Positions 29,579 through 39,895 of a stretch of 49,279 bases of DNA are shown one piece after another; the first letter of the stretch is position 1; the number at the start of each line of letters is the position of its first letter. The notes beneath the pieces are model-generated. The model made no database searches. It was not told the origin of the DNA and was given only the letters and a program-made list of their open reading frames with translations. Origin of the DNA: Leidyana gryllorum EB-2025a (taxonomy: Eukaryota > Protista > Apicomplexa); NCBI GenBank assembly GCA_048772705.1, contig JBLWGC010000005.1, forward strand, positions 1 to 49,279, written 5' to 3'. A program made the translations under genes and the position numbers.

Positions 29579-29824
29579 AAATCTTTGAGCGAGGCTGTAG
29601 AGGTAGCGAAGCATCGACCAGGATGGGATGGAACAGCCACTCCTCAACTTCGGGTGGGACGGAATTTACTCGTGGAATATCTGATACCACCACTACAGTC
29701 AGATACGTTACCATCTAAGCACCCTGGGCCGTAAGAGTACTTCGGGGTGGCACACCGCAGCCAGAACGACATCGGCGGTCGCAGCGGAAGCCATTAACAC
29801 TCTGGAACTCAGAAGGAAAGTAAT

Positions 29825-29908
29825 GCACAGATGCCCGAGTGGTCTAAGGGGCCAGACTCAAGTTCTGGTAGGCGCAAGTCTGCATGGGTTCGAATCCCGT
29901 TCTGTGCA
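29825..29908 (+). tRNA. trnL: tRNA-Leu(CAA)
   Basis: intact. Confidence 0.91.
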
Positions 29909-30182
29909 ACGGCGATCATCCCCAAAAAAAGCTGGAAAAGGCCACAGTCGGTTGCATGCACCCGAGTATTCGGCTGTTGCTCTGCTGGTATGATCCTTCC
30001 TCAGAGTGGAAGGAGTCCTGGGTTCGATTCCAGAACAGCCCTATTGGTCGTCGTTTGACTTGACCGGACATGTTGCCCTCAGAATCAACACAGCCACCTC
30101 GTTAGCCCGCTTCGGTGGGGCAGTCAGGGCAACTAACATCTCGAAAATCACATTTCGGCTACCTCTTCCATGTTGCAGACTG

Positions 30183-30254
30183 AGCAGTGTAGCTCAGTGG
30201 AAGAGTGTTAGGCTCATAACGCAAAGGTCCGTCGATCGAAACGACGCACTGCTA
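30183..30254 (+). pseudogene. initiator tRNA-Met, anticodon stem broken
   Basis: same lesions as 24452. Confidence 0.72.
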
Positions 30255-30302
30255 AGTGTGCGCAGAAGGGAACAGTTGCAGGATAGATTGGCTCGTGAGC
30301 CA

Positions 30303-30373
30303 AGCCTGCTGCCCGAATCGAACCGGCGACCTTTCACTTACTAAGCGAATGCTCTACCCCAAGCTAAAAAGGC
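30303..30373 (-). pseudogene. tRNA-Thr(AGT), degenerate
   Basis: mirror of 24333. Confidence 0.66.
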
Positions 30374-30504
30374 AATGTTGACTGGACATCACGCGTGAGG
30401 AGTCCCTATTGACGGAAGTTACTGAAGCACATTGTTCCACCACTCAACACTCCCACTGCTCCACCCACCGGCAAATAGGGTGTAACTAAGTTGAGAGCTT
30501 CCTT

Positions 30505-30577
30505 GCCGCCCTAGCTCAGTCGGTAGAGCGCAAGACTTTTAATCTTGCAGTCGCGGGTTCGAGGCCCGCGGACGGTG
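30505..30577 (+). tRNA. trnK: tRNA-Lys(TTT) variant
   Basis: two substitutions. Confidence 0.82.
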
Positions 30578-30637
30578 CAAATCAATGTCTCTGGGAGTAG
30601 GAATGGAACCGTTGCCTACAAGCACACTCAGCTGGAT

Positions 30638-30710
30638 TTCCACTGCCGGGACTTGAACCCGGATCGTGCGGGTGAGAGCCGCATATCCTAGCCACTTAGA
30701 CTACAGTGGA
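30638..30710 (-). tRNA. trnE: tRNA-Glu(CTC)
   Basis: intact. Confidence 0.92.
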
Positions 30711-30842
30711 CAACTCCCTCAGCTGCAGCTTTAGCCGAGAGCCGTACCCTCGTGACAAGACGTGGTCTACAACAAAGGGGTTGCAGAATCCTGCGGTAGA
30801 AAGCGGAGGGTCTCTTTACTGACCTCTGAAACATTGTCGCTG

Positions 30843-30915
30843 GGTCTTGTAGCTCGGTCGGCAGAGCGTGTGGCTGTTAACCACAAACCCGCCGGTTCGA
30901 AACCTGCCAGGACCG
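30843..30915 (+). tRNA. trnN: tRNA-Asn(GTT) variant
   Basis: A14G, T-stem mismatch. Confidence 0.75.
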
Positions 30916-31033
30916 GTTTTAGAGGCACCCTAGACACTGACTGCGCTGCTCTCCCAATGGCACTTGTGGTCTGCGACCCTTCAAAGATGTAAGGTTGGGT
31001 TTGGCTCCCGCCACGTACAGCCGTAGCGTACTT

Positions 31034-31106
31034 TGGACGACCTGGGCATCGATCCCAGTACCTCTCGCATGCTAAGCGAGCGCTCTACCATTTGAGCTAG
31101 TCGCCC
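31034..31106 (-). tRNA. trnA: tRNA-Ala(AGC)
   Basis: intact; G3:U70. Confidence 0.92.
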
Positions 31107-31189
31107 ATTGAGCAAACCCCAGTACATCCAGTTCTTTTTTACATGGTATGACCAGTCTCTCCACTTTGCACAAACGAAGCCACGCAGGA

Positions 31190-31262
31190 AACGGCTGGAG
31201 GGACCCGAATACTCAACCTTCGCCTTAGGAGGGCAACGCGCTATGCATTGCGGCACAACCGC
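31190..31262 (-). pseudogene. tRNA-Arg(CCT), degenerate
   Basis: TTGCC-CT CCT AA-GGCGA; T-arm damaged. Confidence 0.7.
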
Positions 31263-31343
31263 ATTCGCAACCCATCCACCGAGCTGCCCCAAGGTGTCTC
31301 GTCTTACACCTAACTAGTATCGAGATGACCGAAGCTTGTCTAT

Positions 31344-31416
31344 GGTGCGGTGGCCTAATGGATAGGGCATCGGTCTTCGGAACCGGGAGTTGTGGGTTCG
31401 AGTCCCATCCGCATCA
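31344..31416 (+). tRNA. trnR: tRNA-Arg(TCG)
   Basis: TCGGT-CT TCG GA-ACCGG. Confidence 0.91.
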
Positions 31417-31514
31417 TAGCCTCTCACGCGAAAGACGTTCCGCAAGCTTGCTTGCCGCGCATGTCGAGTTGGAGTGCTCCTGATATGATTTTCCTTCCAG
31501 AGTGCCTCTGAAAC

Positions 31515-31587
31515 CGGTCCTGGCAGGTTTCGAACCTGCGACTTTGTGGTTAACAGCCACACGCTCTGCCGACTGAGCTACAAGACC
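31515..31587 (-). tRNA. trnN: tRNA-Asn(GTT)
   Basis: intact. Confidence 0.93.
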
Positions 31588-31705
31588 CAGCTACAATGTT
31601 TCAGAGGTTAGTATAGAGATCCTCCCTTATTCTACCGCAGGATTCTGCAATCACGTCTTGTCAAGAGGGTACGGCTCTCGGCTAAAGCTGCAGCTGAGGG
31701 AGTTG

Positions 31706-31778
31706 TCCACTGTAGTCTAAGTGGCTAGGATATGCGGCTCTCACCCGCACGATCCGGGTTCAAGTCCCGGCAGTGGAA
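31706..31778 (+). tRNA. trnE: tRNA-Glu(CTC)
   Basis: intact. Confidence 0.92.
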
Positions 31779-31838
31779 ATCCAGCTGAGTGTGCTTGTAG
31801 GCAACGGTTCCATTCCTACTCCCAGAGACATTGATTTG

Positions 31839-31911
31839 CACCGCCCGCGGGGCTCGAACCCGCGACTGCAAGATTAAAAGTCTTGCGCTCTACCGACTGA
31901 GCTAGGGCGGC
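31839..31911 (-). tRNA. trnK: tRNA-Lys(TTT)
   Basis: intact. Confidence 0.93.
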
Positions 31912-32038
31912 AAGGAAGCTCTAAACTTAGTTACACCCTCTTTGCCGTTGGGTGGAGCAGTGGAAGGATTGACTGGTGGAACAATGTGCTCAGTAACTGC
32001 CGTCAATAGTGACTGATGGGTGATTACCAGCTGATATT

Positions 32039-32110
32039 GCCTTCTAAGCTTAGGGGCAGAGCATTCGCTTAGTAAGCGAAAGGTCGCCGGTTCGATTCCG
32101 GCAGAAGGCT
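32039..32110 (+). tRNA. trnT: tRNA-Thr(AGT), U8A variant
   Basis: otherwise intact. Confidence 0.82.
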
Positions 32111-32295
32111 TGACTGCATCGACTGGGCACCAGCTCCAATCATCGTAGCTGAGCCTCGTAGCTCAGCCAGCAGAGAGTAAGTCTCTTAGCCACAAAGTCG
32201 CAGGTTTGGGACCTGCCAGTACCTGAGGCACCCACAGGGGGCCAGACCAGCTGAGACAAAATCTGAGTTGCAGCAGCTGTGAGGGGCTGGAACTG

Positions 32296-32367
32296 CTCTG
32301 AGACCGGGAATCGAACCCGGGTCTTCCGAGTGAGAGGCGGAAATACTAACCACTATACTATCTCAAA
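32296..32367 (-). pseudogene. tRNA-Asp body, anticodon CTC, degenerate
   Basis: acceptor broken. Confidence 0.65.
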
Positions 32368-32561
32368 TGCTCTGAATACGCCGGCCTCCAACCCCAAAAG
32401 TTCTTCCATTATGAGATTCCAAGCACAGAAAACGCGTGGAGCGGCGAGCCAACAACATCCCGGCAAGATGGCCGATTTGTCTAAGGCGCTGTGCTCAGAC
32501 CGCAGTCCGACAGGGCGAAGATCTGGGGTTGAGCCTTTCGAACCCCGGAGCAGTTGGACGG

Positions 32562-32641
32562 CCGGGGGTAGCTCAGTTGGTAGAGCATCTGACTGTAGTG
32601 CTGGCATCAGATAGTCGGCGGTTCGATTCCGTCCCACCGGA
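32562..32641 (+). tRNA. trnY: tRNA-Tyr(GTA) with 7-nt intron
   Basis: C1:G72; CT GTA G[TGCTGGC]A. Confidence 0.9.
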
Positions 32642-32884
32642 AGTAGAGTGGTGATTGGCAAAGTACTAGACAGCGTTGATAGGCCAACCAGACTACTCTG
32701 GCGAGGGTTCCATCTATGTAGTTCGGATGGGCTGAGAATCGATCCCGGAACCTTTCGTATACCCAGCACCGTTTCATCGTCTGGGCTAGCCTCCCTCTGT
32801 GCCTACCTCATGGCATTGAGTGATACTCCACATAGTGAGACGAGTCTCTCGACTGTACCCAGCGGGTTGAACCACCGGCTAGGC

Positions 32885-32956
32885 GGCTGTTTGGTCTAGT
32901 GGTATGATCCTTCCTTAGGGTGGAAGGAGTCCTGGGTTCGATCCCCAGAACAGCCC
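32885..32956 (+). tRNA. trnP: tRNA-Pro(AGG)
   Basis: intact. Confidence 0.91.
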
Positions 32957-33090
32957 TCTTGGTTGTCGGTTGACCCGATGGGATAAGCAGGTTTTAGAAG
33001 TAACACAGCCACCTCGTTACCACTTCGGCACTCAAGGCAATTAACATCTCAAAAATCGCATTTCGGCTCCCTCTTCCATGGTGCAGACTG

Positions 33091-33162
33091 AGCAGTGTAG
33101 CTCAGTGGAAGAGTGTTGGGCTCATAACCCAAAGGTCCGTCGATCGAAACGACGCACTGCTA
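33091..33162 (+). tRNA. trnM: initiator tRNA-Met(CAT)
   Basis: intact. Confidence 0.93.
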
Positions 33163-33211
33163 AGTGTGCGCAGGAGGGAAACAGTTATAGAATTGACTGG
33201 GTCGTGAGCAA

Positions 33212-33275
33212 AGCCTTCTGGCGGAATCGAGCCGGCGCTTACGAAGCGAACGCTCTGCCCCTAAGCTTAGAAGGC
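33212..33275 (-). pseudogene. tRNA-Thr(CGT), 8-nt deletion
   Basis: variable region lost. Confidence 0.7.
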
Positions 33276-33497
33276 AATGTAAGTCGGAGATAACGAAGCG
33301 ATGGCTATTGACGGAGATTGCTGGGCACTTTGCTCAAGTATTCCACTGACTTCAACCCCTGACTTCCACCGGACTTGAGTCCGGAGCTTGCGGGTGAGGC
33401 CGCATATCCTAGCCACTCAGACTACAGTGAACAACAATCCACAGCGAAGGCAGCTAGAGTCAGCCAAATCATCGAAGTAAAGTGCTGAGCATTTGGC

Positions 33498-33570
33498 TAC
33501 CTACGGCGAGATTCGAACTCGCCACCTTTGGACTAGAAGTCCAACGCGCTATCCATTACGCCACGTAGGC
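33498..33570 (-). tRNA. trnR: tRNA-Arg(TCT)
   Basis: TTGGA-CT TCT AG-TCCAA; intronless. Confidence 0.88.
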
Positions 33571-33659
33571 CGCGGCTTTTCGACTAGATTGAGATAACAA
33601 CATTCACATTTTTGGACCACGCGCCAGCCGTTTCTCTGCAGCCAAAGTTGCATGGAGTT

Positions 33660-33732
33660 TGGACGACCTGGGTATCGATCCCAGTACCTCTCGCATGCAA
33701 AGCGAGCGCTCTACCATCTGAGCTAGCCGCCC
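33660..33732 (-). tRNA. trnA: tRNA-Ala(TGC)
   Basis: intact. Confidence 0.92.
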
Positions 33733-33822
33733 AGACGCACAGATAAGGGGCTATCGCATCCAGTGGCTGACCAAGCGCCCATACAACGGCTGTCGAGAAC
33801 CAGATTCGAGCTCACGCCCTTT

Positions 33823-33895
33823 CGGGCTGCGGCCTAATGGATAGGGCATCGGTCTTCGGAACCGGGAGTTGTGGGTTCGAGTCCCATCCGCATCA
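33823..33895 (+). pseudogene. tRNA-Arg(TCG), 5' strand replaced by Leu(-) fragment
   Basis: junction at GGCCT microhomology. Confidence 0.72.
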
Positions 33896-34118
33896 TAGCC
33901 TCTCACTCGGAAGACATTCCGTTTCGACCGAGGCAGGCTTGCTAGCTGTATGGGGAGCCACTGCCGCGCATGTCGAGTTGAAGTGCTAGTGGTATATTTT
34001 TTCCTCGCTTGGGGGAGTGTTCGATTCGATTCCCGAACAGTCCGTTTTTTGTAGGTTGCATACAGCTCGACGCAGAAATAGCCCGAATCTCTCGGGGTGT
34101 TGCGGCTCTTTCGCAATT

Positions 34119-34189
34119 GCACTTGTGGTCTAAGGGTAAGATGCGACCCTTCCAAGGTCGTAACCCGGGTTCGAGTCCCGGCAGGTGCA
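34119..34189 (+). tRNA. trnG: tRNA-Gly(TCC)
   Basis: intact. Confidence 0.92.
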
Positions 34190-34253
34190 GCCGTATGTAG
34201 CTCGAACGACGGTCTATCAGTGAACTTGGGGGACCGACTGCCTATTCAACGGC

Positions 34254-34333
34254 TGACAAGAGTGGGATACGAACCAACGCCCTTTCGGACCGCGGCTTGC
34301 ACACGTGCCCTCAGACCACTCGGCCATGTTGCC
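34254..34333 (-). pseudogene. tRNA-Leu pseudogene
   Basis: many substitutions. Confidence 0.65.
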
Positions 34334-34478
34334 AGCTCGGTGACGCTCCCGCCAACCACGCGTTTCCTCTCTGTGGAAGCAGATCCGGGGTGCTCCGAGG
34401 TGCCAGACTCGAGATCCGGTGTAAGATTGGACGACCCGGGTACCGACCCATGCGCAGCGAGCGCTTTACCATTCGGGC

Positions 34479-34537
34479 TGACAAGAGTGGGATTCGAACC
34501 CACGCCCTTTCGGACTGCGGCCTGAACACAGCGCCTT
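34479..34537 (-). pseudogene. tRNA-Leu(CAG), 5'-truncated
   Basis: 3' two-thirds intact. Confidence 0.72.
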
Positions 34538-34578
34538 CATATGTATTTAAATACCGGCAGGTGCAGCCGTACGAGGTT

Positions 34579-34651
34579 TGGACGACCTGGGTATCGATCC
34601 CAGTACCTCTCGCATGCGAAGCGAGCGCTATACCATTTGAGCTAGCCGCCC
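34579..34651 (-). tRNA. trnA: tRNA-Ala(CGC)
   Basis: one D-stem mismatch. Confidence 0.84.
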
Positions 34652-34740
34652 CGTGTGCAGACCCCATAGCATTCAGTGGTTCTTGACATATTTGGACGAG
34701 TCTCTCGACTGTACCCAGCGGGTTGAACCACCGGCTAGGC

Positions 34741-34812
34741 GGCTGTTTGGTCTAGTGGTATGATCCTTCCTTAGGGTGGAAGGAGTCCTGGGTTCGATTC
34801 CCAGAACAGCCC
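34741..34812 (+). tRNA. trnP: tRNA-Pro(AGG)
   Basis: intact. Confidence 0.92.
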
Positions 34813-34913
34813 GTCTGATAGTTGTTGACGCAACAAGGCACTCGACCCATCCCGGACAGCTAAGACAGGATCTGAGTTGTGGAATCAACAGGCTGCAACC
34901 CGGCCATTCGTCC

Positions 34914-34986
34914 AGACGCTACTGGGACTCGAACCCAGAATCCCCGGTTCCGTAGACCGATGCCATATCCATTAGGCCATAGCGCC
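34914..34986 (-). tRNA. trnR: tRNA-Arg(ACG)
   Basis: intact. Confidence 0.93.
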
Positions 34987-35255
34987 GACTAGTGGAGCGT
35001 CAAATGGGAGTGTGTAGCGATCAAGACAGGACATGGGCAGCTACGCCCGATGATGGGTGTGGACAGACTTCACCCACATCTCCCATTCGAGACATCGGGG
35101 ACATACTATCCAAGCCAGGATTCGGGCCTGGGTATGCACGGCCACAACTTGCTGTTGTAAGCACCTAGACGACCCGGACAATCTTCAAGTGAGGCTGGTG
35201 GGTACCAAAGCCACTTAAGATGTCGGGCTATCGGGGTTTGTGTCCTTGCATTCCT

Positions 35256-35328
35256 GCCGCCCTAGCTCAGTCGGTAGAGCGCAAGACTCTTAATCTTGCA
35301 GTCGCGGGTTCGAGCCCCGCGGGCGGTG
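35256..35328 (+). tRNA. trnK: tRNA-Lys(CTT)
   Basis: intact. Confidence 0.93.
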
Positions 35329-35388
35329 TGCATCTATTTCCCTGGGAGTAAGAATGGAACTGTTGCCTACAAGCACACTCAGCTGGAG

Positions 35389-35461
35389 TTCCACTGCCGG
35401 GACTTGAACCCGGATCGTGCGGTTGAGAGCCGCATATCCTAGCCACTTAGACTACAGTGGA
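35389..35461 (-). tRNA. trnE: tRNA-Glu(CTC)
   Basis: C38A variant. Confidence 0.88.
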
Positions 35462-35679
35462 CGAGTCACAACAGTTGCACTGACGAATGAGGCGCCAGAG
35501 AACTGTGAGTCGGTCTCAGATTGGAAGTTCACCTAGGTTTGGCGGGTGGGCGGCTATCTCAAGTGGTAGAGCGGTGACTTGGCAGGCAAGAGGTCAGTTT
35601 AGACACCTATCAATGCCGCAGGACAGGCTGAACATGGGGGCATTTGGTCACTCCTCGCGGCATGTCGAATTTGACAGCT

Positions 35680-35761
35680 GGCAACTTGCCCGAGTGGTTA
35701 AGGGGGTAGACTTGAAACCTACTGGGCGTGGCCCACGCTGGTTCAAATCCAGCAATTGTCG
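35680..35761 (+). tRNA. trnS: tRNA-Ser(TGA), degenerating
   Basis: stem mismatches. Confidence 0.74.
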
Positions 35762-35842
35762 TGCGATCTGATTGAAGGGCAGACAACAACTCACTCCTGA
35801 AACCCCAGAATGGTGCCTCAATCAGCCATCTGACATCTTCTC

Positions 35843-35913
35843 TGCATCTGCCGGGAATCGAACCTGGGTCGTCTCGGTGGCAACGACACAGTCTACCACT
35901 AAACCACAGATGC
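35843..35913 (-). pseudogene. tRNA-Gly(GCC), degenerate
   Basis: several mismatches. Confidence 0.68.
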
Positions 35914-36051
35914 GTGACATCTCCATTCCTGAATACAAAGCGAAGGGTCTTAAAACTAGTCCAGGCCGTCCAACTTAGGTACATAAAAACCAGGCTCATC
36001 GGATACGTGGTTCCAGAGACACACGCCCCTTTCGCAGTCCGGAAGCTCCGT

Positions 36052-36121
36052 GCAGTCATCCAGTGGTCACGACGTCTGTTTAACACGCAGAAGGTCCCGA
36101 GTTCCATCCTCGGTGGCTGTA
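36052..36121 (+). pseudogene. tRNA-Val(AAC) pseudogene
   Basis: 5' deletion. Confidence 0.66.
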
Positions 36122-36173
36122 ACACGCATCGTTCAGGTGAGCATCACGAAATCTAGAGCGGAAGACGATCCAT

Positions 36174-36267
36174 CTCCGAGACCGGGAATCGAACCCGGGT
36201 CTTCCGGGAATCGAACCCGGGTCTTCCGCGTGACAGGCGGAAATACTAACCACTACACTATCTCGGA
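36174..36267 (-). pseudogene. tRNA-Asp(GTC) with 22-bp T-arm duplication
   Basis: CCGGGAATCGAACCCGGGTCTT x2. Confidence 0.78.
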
Positions 36268-36666
36268 CGTTCTGAACACGCCTGCCTCCGACCCCAAAAG
36301 TCCTTCCATTTTGAGATTTCAAGCACAGAAAACGCGTGGAGCGGCAAGCCAACAACATCCCGGCAAGATGGCCGAGTGCTCGAAGGCCCTGTGTGCAGGT
36401 CGCAGTCCGAACGGGCCCCGTGGGTTCGAATCCCAGTCTTGTCAGCCATGGTATCGGCACTCCGTCAGCCACTGGATGAAATAGGTCTTCCATGTTGTAC
36501 GCATGGGCGGCTAGATCAGATGGTGGAGCGCTCGCTGTGCATGTGAGAGGTACTGGGATCGACAGCCAGGTCGTCCAAACTCCATGCAACTTTGGCTGCA
36601 GAGAAACGGCTGGCGCGTGGTCCAAAAATGTGAATGTTGTTATTTCAATCTAGTCGAAGAGCCGCG

Positions 36667-36739
36667 GCCTACGTGGCGCAATGGATAGCGCGTTGGACTT
36701 CTAATCCAAAGGTTGCGAGTTCGAGTCTCGCCGTAGGTA
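36667..36739 (+). tRNA. trnR: tRNA-Arg(TCT)
   Basis: intact. Confidence 0.92.
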
Positions 36740-36803
36740 GCCAAATGCTCAGCACCTTACTTCGATGATTTGGCTGACTAGCTGCTTTCGCCGAGGAATG
36801 TTG

Positions 36804-36875
36804 TCCACTGTAGTCTGAGTGGCTAGGATATGCGGCTCTCACCCGCAAGCTCCGGGCTCAAGTCCGGCAGTTGAA
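36804..36875 (+). pseudogene. tRNA-Glu(CTC), degenerate
   Basis: T-arm lesions. Confidence 0.66.
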
Positions 36876-36961
36876 GTCAGTGGAATACTTGAGCAAAGTG
36901 CCCAGCAATCTCCCAGCAATCTCCGTCAACAGTGACTGATTCGTGATCTTCGGCCTGCATT

Positions 36962-37033
36962 GCCTTCTTAGCTTAGGGGCAGAGCATTCGCTTAGTAAGC
37001 GAAAGGTCGCCGGTTCGATTCCGGCAGACGGCT
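36962..37033 (+). tRNA. trnT: tRNA-Thr(AGT)
   Basis: one acceptor mismatch. Confidence 0.86.
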
Positions 37034-37231
37034 TGACTGCATCGACAGGGCACCTGCAAAGCTTAAGTCTCTCAAGCTCCAATCATCTTAGCTGAGCCTC
37101 GTAGCTCAGCCACCAGATGGTAAGTCTCTTAGCCACAAAGTCGCAGACTGGAACCTGCCAGTACCTGAGGCACCCACTAGCTCAACGCAGACTGCGGCCG
37201 AGTCTCGGGGTGCTGAAGCTCTTTCTCGAGT

Positions 37232-37302
37232 GCACTTGTGGTCCAAGGGTAGGATGCGAGCTTCCCACGGTCGAAGGCCGGATTCGAGTCCCGGCATGTG
37301 CA
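37232..37302 (+). pseudogene. tRNA-Gly(CCC), degenerate
   Basis: several mismatches. Confidence 0.68.
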
Positions 37303-37381
37303 GCCGATCGTACAGACTTGACCATGGCTGCAACGATATTTTCAACATTCCGGGGCGAAGAGCAATGCACTTTAGACTGCC

Positions 37382-37453
37382 TGTCCGAGCCAGGAATCGA
37401 GCCTGGGTTTGCACGGCCACAACGTGCTGTCCTAACCACTAGACGACTCGGAC
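37382..37453 (-). tRNA. trnH: tRNA-His(GTG)
   Basis: intact. Confidence 0.9.
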
Positions 37454-37700
37454 AACCTTTGAGCGAGGCTGTAGAGGTAGAGGTAGCGAAGCATCGATCA
37501 GGATGGAATGAAGTTCACTCCTCAACTCCCGGCGGACGGAATTTGCTCGTCGAATATTTGATGCCATCACCACAATCACATGCGTTGCCATCTAAGCAAC
37601 TCGGGCCGTAAGAGTACTCCGGGGCGGTACACTGCACCCAGAACGACATCGACGCCGCAACGGAAGCCATTAACACTCTGGGACTCAGAAAGAAAGTAAC

Positions 37701-37784
37701 GCACAGATGCCCGAGTGGTCTAAGGGGCCAGACTCAAGTTCTGGTAGGCGCAAGTCTGCATGGGTTCGAATCCCATTTTGTGCA
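37701..37784 (+). tRNA. trnL: tRNA-Leu(CAA)
   Basis: intact. Confidence 0.9.
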
Positions 37785-38093
37785 ACGGCGATCATCCTCA
37801 AGAATAGGCTGGAAAAGCTACGGTAGATTCGAGTCTCTATCTATATATCCGGTTGCATGCACCCAAGTATTCGGCTATTTGGTCTAGCGGTGGTATCCCT
37901 GTCAGGATGGAAAGAGAATTGGATCCGATTCCCAGAAAAGCTCATTGAGGTGTTGACCTGACATCCCACTCCTTTTCAGGATGGTACGGCTCTCGCCCAA
38001 AGCCTGCACCCCCACGGACCAGCCCCAATAAAATACAAGTTCTTCGGTAGAAGATGAAGGATCTATCTACTAACCTCTGAAAGATTGTCATTG

Positions 38094-38166
38094 GGTCTGG
38101 TAGCTCAGTCGGCAGAGCGTGTGGCTGTTAACCACAAAGTCGCAGGATCGAAACCTACCAGGACCG
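38094..38166 (+). tRNA. trnN: tRNA-Asn(GTT), degenerating
   Basis: T54A and others. Confidence 0.7.
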
Positions 38167-38257
38167 GGTTCTGCGGCACCGTACTCTCTAGACGGCACTT
38201 GTGCTTTTGGACCCTTCCAAGGTCGTAAAAATACCGGCAGTTGAAAACTACGAAGTT

Positions 38258-38330
38258 TGGACGACCTGGGCATCGATCCCAGTACCTCTCGCATGCTAAT
38301 CGAGCGCTCTACCATTTGAGCTAGTCGCCC
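38258..38330 (-). tRNA. trnA: tRNA-Ala(AGC) variant
   Basis: one anticodon-stem mismatch. Confidence 0.83.
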
Positions 38331-38418
38331 ATTGTGCAGACCCCATCGCATTTTTTTGTTCTCAACATCGTATGACCACTCTCTCGACTGTATTGAGCGG
38401 GTTTCACGACCGACAGGC

Positions 38419-38490
38419 GGCTAATTGGTCTAGTGGTATGATTCTTCCTTCGGGTGGAAGAAGGCCTGTGTTCGATTCCCAGAAGAGCCC
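38419..38490 (+). pseudogene. tRNA-Pro(CGG), degenerate
   Basis: acceptor broken. Confidence 0.66.
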
Positions 38491-38604
38491 GTCTGATAGT
38501 TGTTGACTAAATGCCACGTCTCTCCAAGGTCGTATGATCGCGGATGAAGTCCAGACCAGCTGAGACAAAATCTGAGTTGCAGCAGTTGTGAGGGGCTGGA
38601 ACTG

Positions 38605-38676
38605 CTCCGAGACCGGGAATCGAGCCCGGGTCTTCCGCGTGACAGGCGGAAATACTAACCACTATACTATCTCGGA
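38605..38676 (-). tRNA. trnD: tRNA-Asp(GTC), T54C variant
   Basis: otherwise intact. Confidence 0.85.
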
Positions 38677-38864
38677 CGCTCTGAACACGCCGCCCCCAAC
38701 CCCAAAAGTCCTTCCAATTTGAGATGTCAAGCAAACGCGTGGAGCGGCTAGCCAACAACATGCTGGCAAGATGGCCGAGTTGCCCAAGACGCTGTGCTCA
38801 GACTGCAGTCCGAAAGGGCGAGGATTGGGGGTTAAGCCTTTCGAACCCCGGAGCAGTTGGACAG

Positions 38865-38944
38865 CCGGGGAAAGCTCAGTTGGTAGAGCATCTGACTGTA
38901 GTGCTGGCATCAGATAGTCGGCGGTTCGGTTCCGTCCCACCGGA
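38865..38944 (+). pseudogene. tRNA-Tyr(GTA) with intron, degenerate
   Basis: U8A, A58G. Confidence 0.72.
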
Positions 38945-39173
38945 TGGTTTTGGCAGACAGCCGTTGATAGGCCAACTAGACTACTCCGGCGAGGGTTCCA
39001 TCTATGTAGTTCGGATGGGCTGGGAATCAATCCCAGAACCTTTCGTATACTAAGCCACCGTTTCATCATCTGGGCTAGCCTCCCACTGTGCCTACCTCAT
39101 GGCATTGAGTGATACTTCACATAGTGAGACGAGTCTCTCGACTGTACCCAGCGGGTTGAACCACCGGCTAGGC

Positions 39174-39245
39174 GGCTGTTTGGTCTAGTGGTATGATCCT
39201 TCCTTAGGGTGGAAGGAGTCCTGGGTTCGATTCCCAGAACAGCCC
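39174..39245 (+). tRNA. trnP: tRNA-Pro(AGG)
   Basis: intact. Confidence 0.92.
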
Positions 39246-39346
39246 GTCTGATAGTTGTTGACGCAACACGGCACTCCACCCATCCCGGACAGCTAAGACA
39301 GGATCTGAGTTGTTGACTCAACAGGCTGCAACCCGGCCATTCGTCC

Positions 39347-39419
39347 AGACGCTACTGGGACTCGAACCCAGAATCCCCGGTTCCGTAGACCGATGCCATA
39401 TCCATTAGGCCATAGCGCC
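39347..39419 (-). tRNA. trnR: tRNA-Arg(ACG)
   Basis: intact. Confidence 0.93.
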
Positions 39420-39689
39420 GACTACCGGAGCCGTCAAATGGGCGTGTGTAGCGATCAAGACAGGACATGGGCAGCTACGCCCGATGGTGGGTGTGGACAG
39501 ACTTCACCCACATCTCCCATTCGAGACATCGGGGACATACTATCCAAGCCGGGATTCGGGCCTGGGTATGCACGGCCACAACTTGCTGTTGTAAGCACCT
39601 AGACGACCCGGACAATCTTCAAGTGAGGCTGGTGGGAACCAAAGCCACTTAAGATGTCGGGCTATCGGGTTTTGTGTCCTTGCATTCCT

Positions 39690-39762
39690 GCCGCCCTAGC
39701 TCAGTCGGTAGAGCGCAAGACTCTTAATCTTGCAGTCGCGGGTTCGAGCCCCGCGGGCGGTG
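39690..39762 (+). tRNA. trnK: tRNA-Lys(CTT)
   Basis: intact. Confidence 0.93.
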
Positions 39763-39822
39763 TGCATCTATTTCCCTGAGAGTAAGAATGGAACTGTTGC
39801 CTACAAGCACACTCAGCTGGAG

Positions 39823-39895
39823 TTTCAGTGCCGGGACTTGAACCCGGATCGTGCGGGTGAAAGCCGCATATCCTAGCCACTTAGACTACAGTGGA
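39823..39895 (-). tRNA. trnE: tRNA-Glu(TTC), acceptor mismatches
   Basis: same as 8027. Confidence 0.75.

Larger units (their letters stand above)
32390..33330. repeat. ~0.9-kb inverted duplication (partner ~46290..47250)
   Basis: Leu relic-Tyr-Pro-iMet-Thr mirrored. Confidence 0.85.

Noticed and set aside
31034-31106. A54 in Ala and iMet T-loops as a defect
   Set aside because: A54 is normal for eukaryotic initiator Met and common in eukaryotic cytosolic Ala.
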